DNA of 10,534 nt from Planctomycetota bacterium (GTDB taxonomy: Bacteria; Planctomycetota; UBA11346). The position numbers and the translations under genes were made by a program. The notes beneath the pieces are model-generated. The model did no database searches, was not told the DNA's origin, and saw only the letters and a list, made by a program, of their open reading frames with translations. The DNA lies in contig JBBQSO010000129.1 in the NCBI GenBank assembly GCA_038213805.1, positions 1 through 10,534 of the forward strand, given 5' to 3'. How positions within the stretch are numbered: position 1 is the stretch's first letter; the number at the start of each line of letters is the position of its first letter. Below are positions 7,013 to 10,534 of this stretch, one piece after another.

Positions 7013-8116
7013 TCACCTGGCAAACGGCCGCGGCGGCGGCAGCGCCTGCGTCACGCTGAGCGGGTCGGCGTCCTGGCTCTGCTGCAGCTTCAGGCGCTGC
7101 ACAAACTGGCGCAGCACCTTGTTGGCGAGCGCGATGTCGCCGACGCGGTGCTTGAGGTCGCACGTGCAGTTGAAGATCAGCGAGTCGAAGGTGATGTCGC
7201 CGGTCGGCAGGAAGCCGCGGCGATCGTTCGCTGCGATCGCCTTGAGCAGCGTGCGCTGGCTGACCATCGGATCCTTGATGCCCTTGATCGCCCAGGTGAA
7301 CGGGTGCAGGCCGGTGACCACCTCGTAGACCATGATCGCCCACGAATAGATGTCGCCGCGCATGTCGACCAGGGTCTCGCGCTCGCCGGTCAGGGCGTAA
7401 AAGGCCTGCTCGGGGCTCGAGTATTTGGGCGTCAGTAGCACCGCCTCCTTGCTGGAGCGGCGCGAGCGCCAGCGGGCGATGCCGAAGTCGGCGATCTTGC
7501 CCTGACCGGGGCCGAAGATCAGGATGTTCTGCGGCTTGATGTCGCGGTGCGCGACCTGGTGGTCGTGCGCCTCCTTGATGCCGTCGGTGGCGCGGGTCAG
7601 CGCGTCGAGCAGGCTGATGCGGTCGAAGCCGGGCAGATGGCGGCGGCCCTTGAAGACGCGGTCGAGCGAGCCGAAGCGCGCCCGTTCCGTGATCATGAAG
7701 GGCAGCAGGTGGACGGGGAAGAACTCGCGCAGCTCCTGCGGCAGGTCCTTGGGGATCTCGGCGTCGCCGTACTCGATGACCTGCAGGATGGCCTTGCTGC
7801 GGCGCGAGAGGATCATGGTCTTCTCGCACTCGACCTTGAAGGCGCCGTAGGCGGCGATCGCGTCGGAGAGGTCGTCGACTGCGGGCACGAAGATCTTCAC
7901 GGCGACGTCCTCGCCGTGGTAGAAGCCACCGTAGACCACGGTCTCCTTGCTGGCCTTGGCGATCGGCTCGACAAGCTGGACCTGCTGGGCGAGGAAGACC
8001 TCCTTCAGAGTGGCCTCGAAGGCCGCCTCGTGAGCGAGCCGGCGCCGCAGCACCTCGCTGGTCGCGGGAGTGGCGGTGCTCGTATCCTGGTGCACGTCTT
8101 CGGACGCTTCGCTCAT
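7013..8116 (-). CDS. Cytoplasmic Hanks-type Ser/Thr protein kinase (atypical Gly-rich loop)
   Basis: VAVK (II), KVECEK (alphaC Glu), HRDIKPQN (VIb), DFG (VII), TPKYSSPEQ (VIII), DIYS...GLHPF (IX). GAGGAG RBS at 8126-8121 supports ATG 8116 (367 aa). No transmembrane segment evident. Confidence 0.9.
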   Translation of the reverse strand: MSEASEDVHQDTSTATPATSEVLRRRLAHEAAFEATLKEVFLAQQVQLVEPIAKASKETVVYGGFYHGEDVAVKIFVPAVDDLSDAIAAYGAFKVECEKTMILSRRSKAILQVIEYGDAEIPKDLPQELREFFPVHLLPFMITERARFGSLDRVFKGRRHLPGFDRISLLDALTRATDGIKEAHDHQVAHRDIKPQNILIFGPGQGKIADFGIARWRSRRSSKEAVLLTPKYSSPEQAFYALTGERETLVDMRGDIYSWAIMVYEVVTGLHPFTWAIKGIKDPMVSQRTLLKAIAANDRRGFLPTGDITFDSLIFNCTCDLKHRVGDIALANKVLRQFVQRLKLQQSQDADPLSVTQALPPPRPFAR

Positions 8117-8596
8117 CCCGCTCCTCAGCCTCTCCCGTCGCGGCATTCTTATGAGGACCGGGCCAGGGACAACCCCTAGACTTGCAAGCATCCCTGCGAC
8201 GTCTGCTAAGGTACGGTCTCATCTCGACTTGAAGAGTTGGATCCGCCACCCGCGAGGGCTGCGGTGCCAGCACCCGCGGGCCAGCAAGCGGGCCGCGATG
8301 ACGCCCCGTCCACCCGTGATCGGACCATGGGCAACGGTCAGATAGCGGCGCCGGTGATCAGGTTTGAGCGATGCCTGTAAATTATTGCCAACACTGGAAA
8401 TAGATATAGTTGCGCAGGCCGATCCCAGGCTCAGCAGCCAATCGTCGTGGAGCTGCCCATGGCCACGATGTCGCAGAATGGCGACAGCCCGGGGGGCGCG
8501 TCGCGCCCAGCTCGCCGGCCATTTCTCCGCCCCCGCAAGGGGGATGCGCTGAGGTCGCTGTCCGGGCCGGACCAGCAAGAGGATCCCGTCCACGGC

Positions 8597-8869
8597 TCAC
8601 CCCCTGGCATGGCGGGCCTGGACGGCCGCGACGCCGGAGCCGACCGGGCCGGGGGCGGCGATCAGGCGCTGCCATTCGATCTCGTCGAGCACCTGGGACT
8701 CCTCGAGCAGCATCACCGGGATGCCATCATCGACACGGTAGGCGCGGCGTGTGGCGGGGTCGGTGCTGATCAGCCGCTGCTCGACGAACTTGAGCGGTAC
8801 CCGCGCCTCCGGGCAAATGAGCAAGTCGAAAAGGTCGTGGTCGAAGGGCAGGTCGGGAGCGTCGGGCAT
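8597..8869 (-). CDS. Trm112/YcaR (UPF0434) family protein
   Basis: LFDLLICP...PL...RLIS......RAYRVDDGIPVMLLEES signature; AAGGA RBS at 8881-8877; about 30 aa C-terminal extension. Confidence 0.85.
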   Translation of the reverse strand: MPDAPDLPFDHDLFDLLICPEARVPLKFVEQRLISTDPATRRAYRVDDGIPVMLLEESQVLDEIEWQRLIAAPGPVGSGVAAVQARHARG

Positions 8870-8894
8870 GGGCGGATCCTTGGGCGGGGGCCAT

Positions 8895-8923
8895 TTGCAT
8901 GGGTCGGGAAGCGGCTGTAGCGT
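8895..8923 (+). promoter_or_regulatory. Sigma70-type promoter for the DHH gene
   Basis: TTGCAT (8895-8900), 17 bp, TAGCGT (8918-8923). ATG 8932 lies 8 nt downstream with no Shine-Dalgarno sequence. Confidence 0.5.
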
Positions 8924-8931
8924 GGCCCCAC

Positions 8932-10401
8932 ATGGCCCAGAGCGCAGCGTCCGGCTTTGCCAGCCCGCGACAAGTCACCATCATCGGCGACAACCCCCAG
9001 ATCGTCGCCACCGTGGGCTTCTTCGTGGGCGGCACCATCGCGGTGCGCGTCTACACCGCGAAGGCGGATCTCGAGCACCAGCTCGCCCCCTATCCCGGGG
9101 TCCAGGTAACCCTGGTGCCCGAAGGCTACGCCGAGCGGCCCGCCGACCTGCCCGAGCCGCCCTACTTCATCGCCACCGACGCCGAGGACGAGGCCGCGCG
9201 CATCAAGGCCTGGCTGCCGCCGACGGTCGCGGTCTTCCTGCTCGGCTCCGAAACCAGGCGGCGCCACCTCGCCAGCGGCTTCCTCAACCTGATGCCGTCG
9301 ATGGCGACCAACCGCCGCCAGGTATTCCGCCGCCTGGGCACGCTCAAGCGTGTCGACGCGCTGATGGACATGGCGCGGCGGGCGTCGCACGCGCTCATCC
9401 TGATGTACAGCGACCCGGATCCCGACGCGATCGGCGCCGCGCTGGGGCTGGCGACGCTGTGGCGCGCGGCCGGCACCGAACCGCTGGTGCGCTACACCGG
9501 CGAGGTTCAGCGCTACCAGAACAAGCTGCTGCTGTCCTGGCTGAAGCAGCCGGTCGAGCGCCTGCGCGAGGCCGAGTTGGCCGAGGCCGACCTGATCGCG
9601 GTGGTCGACTGCCAGCCGGGCTTCTGGCGCGAGGATCCACCCAAGGCCGACGTGGTCATCGATCACCACCCGCGCCGCGAGGACACCGCGGCAGCCTTCG
9701 TCGACCTGCGCGAAGGTTACGGCTCGACGTCGTCGATCCTCACCGAGTACCTGGTCGAGGCCGACATTCCGATCAGCCGCCAGCTGGCCACCGCCTTGCT
9801 CTACGGCCTGACCACCGACACAGACGACCTCAACCGCCACGCCGGGGCCGCCGACATCCGCGCCTTCGACGTGCTGCATGGGTTCGCCGACCACCACTTT
9901 TTGGCGCGCCTGGATAAATCGCAGGTGCCGATGGCGGTCCTCGACTGGATCGCCTGGGGCATCAGCAACCGCGTCATCTACCGCGACCTCATCCTTGTCC
10001 ACTTCGGCGCGGTGCCGACGCCCGACGTCATGGTTCAGGTGGCCGATCTGCTGCTGCTGACCTACGGCATCAACTGGGTGGTGTGCGCCGGCGTGCTCGA
10101 TCACAAGCTGATCGTGATCTTCCGCGGTGACGGCCACCGCCAGGACGTTGGCAAGCGCGCGCGCCTGGCCTTCGCCAAGCTCGGTTCGGCCGGCGGGCAT
10201 CGCACCATGGGGCGGGCCGAGATCCCGCTGCCGGAGGAGCTCGCCCCGGAGCAGGCCGTTGACGAAAGCGTGACGCTGCTGGTCCACAACCTGTTCAAAC
10301 GCATGAGCCCGGCGCGGCGCGGGCGCTTCGTGCGCCGCCTGCGCGGGCACCTGGACGGGGATGGGCCGCATTCGCACGCGGAGTTCGAGTTTTCGACGTA
10401 G
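8932..10401 (+). CDS. DHH-family phosphoesterase (NrnA/pAp-phosphatase-like) with extra N-terminal region
   Basis: DPDPDAIGAA (motif I), VVDC (II), IDHHP (III), GLTTDT (IV) and GSAGGH (DHHA1-type). ATG 8932 is preferred over 8899 because the latter overlaps the predicted -35 box. Confidence 0.88.
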   Translation: MAQSAASGFASPRQVTIIGDNPQIVATVGFFVGGTIAVRVYTAKADLEHQLAPYPGVQVTLVPEGYAERPADLPEPPYFIATDAEDEAARIKAWLPPTVAVFLLGSETRRRHLASGFLNLMPSMATNRRQVFRRLGTLKRVDALMDMARRASHALILMYSDPDPDAIGAALGLATLWRAAGTEPLVRYTGEVQRYQNKLLLSWLKQPVERLREAELAEADLIAVVDCQPGFWREDPPKADVVIDHHPRREDTAAAFVDLREGYGSTSSILTEYLVEADIPISRQLATALLYGLTTDTDDLNRHAGAADIRAFDVLHGFADHHFLARLDKSQVPMAVLDWIAWGISNRVIYRDLILVHFGAVPTPDVMVQVADLLLLTYGINWVVCAGVLDHKLIVIFRGDGHRQDVGKRARLAFAKLGSAGGHRTMGRAEIPLPEELAPEQAVDESVTLLVHNLFKRMSPARRGRFVRRLRGHLDGDGPHSHAEFEFST

Positions 10402-10402
10402 A

Positions 10403-10525
10403 GGCTAATGGCTGATGGCTGATGGCTGATGGCTGATGGCTGATGGCTGATGGCTGATGGCTGATGGCTGATGGCTGATGGCTGATGGCTGATGGCTGAT
10501 GGCTGATGGCTGATGGCTGATGGCT
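10403..10525 (+). repeat. Heptamer tandem repeat: GGCTAAT + (GGCTGAT)x16 + GGCT
   Basis: Perfect 7-nt periodicity from 10410 to 10521, one variant first unit at 10403-10409. Starts 1 nt after the DHH stop codon. Confidence 0.97.
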
Positions 10526-10534
10526 TCCTGAACC

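Noticed and set aside
7013..7045. PPP at the kinase C-terminus and PP motifs in neighbours as EF-P-dependent feedback
   Set aside because: Pro-Pro motifs are common in GC-rich proteomes, and enrichment cannot be shown from this window.
8219..8593. 124-aa minus-strand ORF in the kinase-Trm112 gap
   Set aside because: No RBS or motifs, runs through the AT-rich regulatory-looking tract, and has atypical codon use.
8200..8596. tmRNA, RNase P, SRP RNA or tRNA in the long intergenic gap
   Set aside because: I found no T-arm/CCA end, no tag ORF ending in a typical Ala-Ala-stop, and no RNase P or SRP signature on either strand.
10403..10525. CRISPR array interpretation of the tandem repeats (also 5794-5828 and 6970-7008)
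   Set aside because: Units are 7-8 bp, directly adjacent, with no spacers and no cas genes in the window.

Overview
GC-rich bacterial window; the gene set suggests Planctomycetota, which is an inference. The left end (1-490) is non-coding. On the minus strand it has a sigma70 promoter with an rrn-type GCGCCTCC discriminator, a boxA-like motif and strand-specific hairpins, so it is probably the leader of an rRNA/stable-RNA operon lying outside the window. Next come a secreted SGNH/GDSL hydrolase with an unassigned helical C-terminal domain (+), a two-gene secreted unit (HExxH DUF1570-like metallopeptidase plus lipoprotein, -), the EF-P beta-lysylation module (epmB on -, efp and epmA on +), a cytoplasmic Hanks-type Ser/Thr kinase lacking the Gly-rich loop (-), a Trm112/YcaR-family protein (-) and a DHH phosphoesterase with an extra N-terminal region (+). 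The most unusual feature is a set of three short tandem-repeat arrays that each begin 1-6 nt after a stop codon. Two are GTCCGGAA arrays that bracket epmA in inverted orientation, and one is a GGCTGAT heptamer array at the right end. All calls come from motif reading; no database searches were run.
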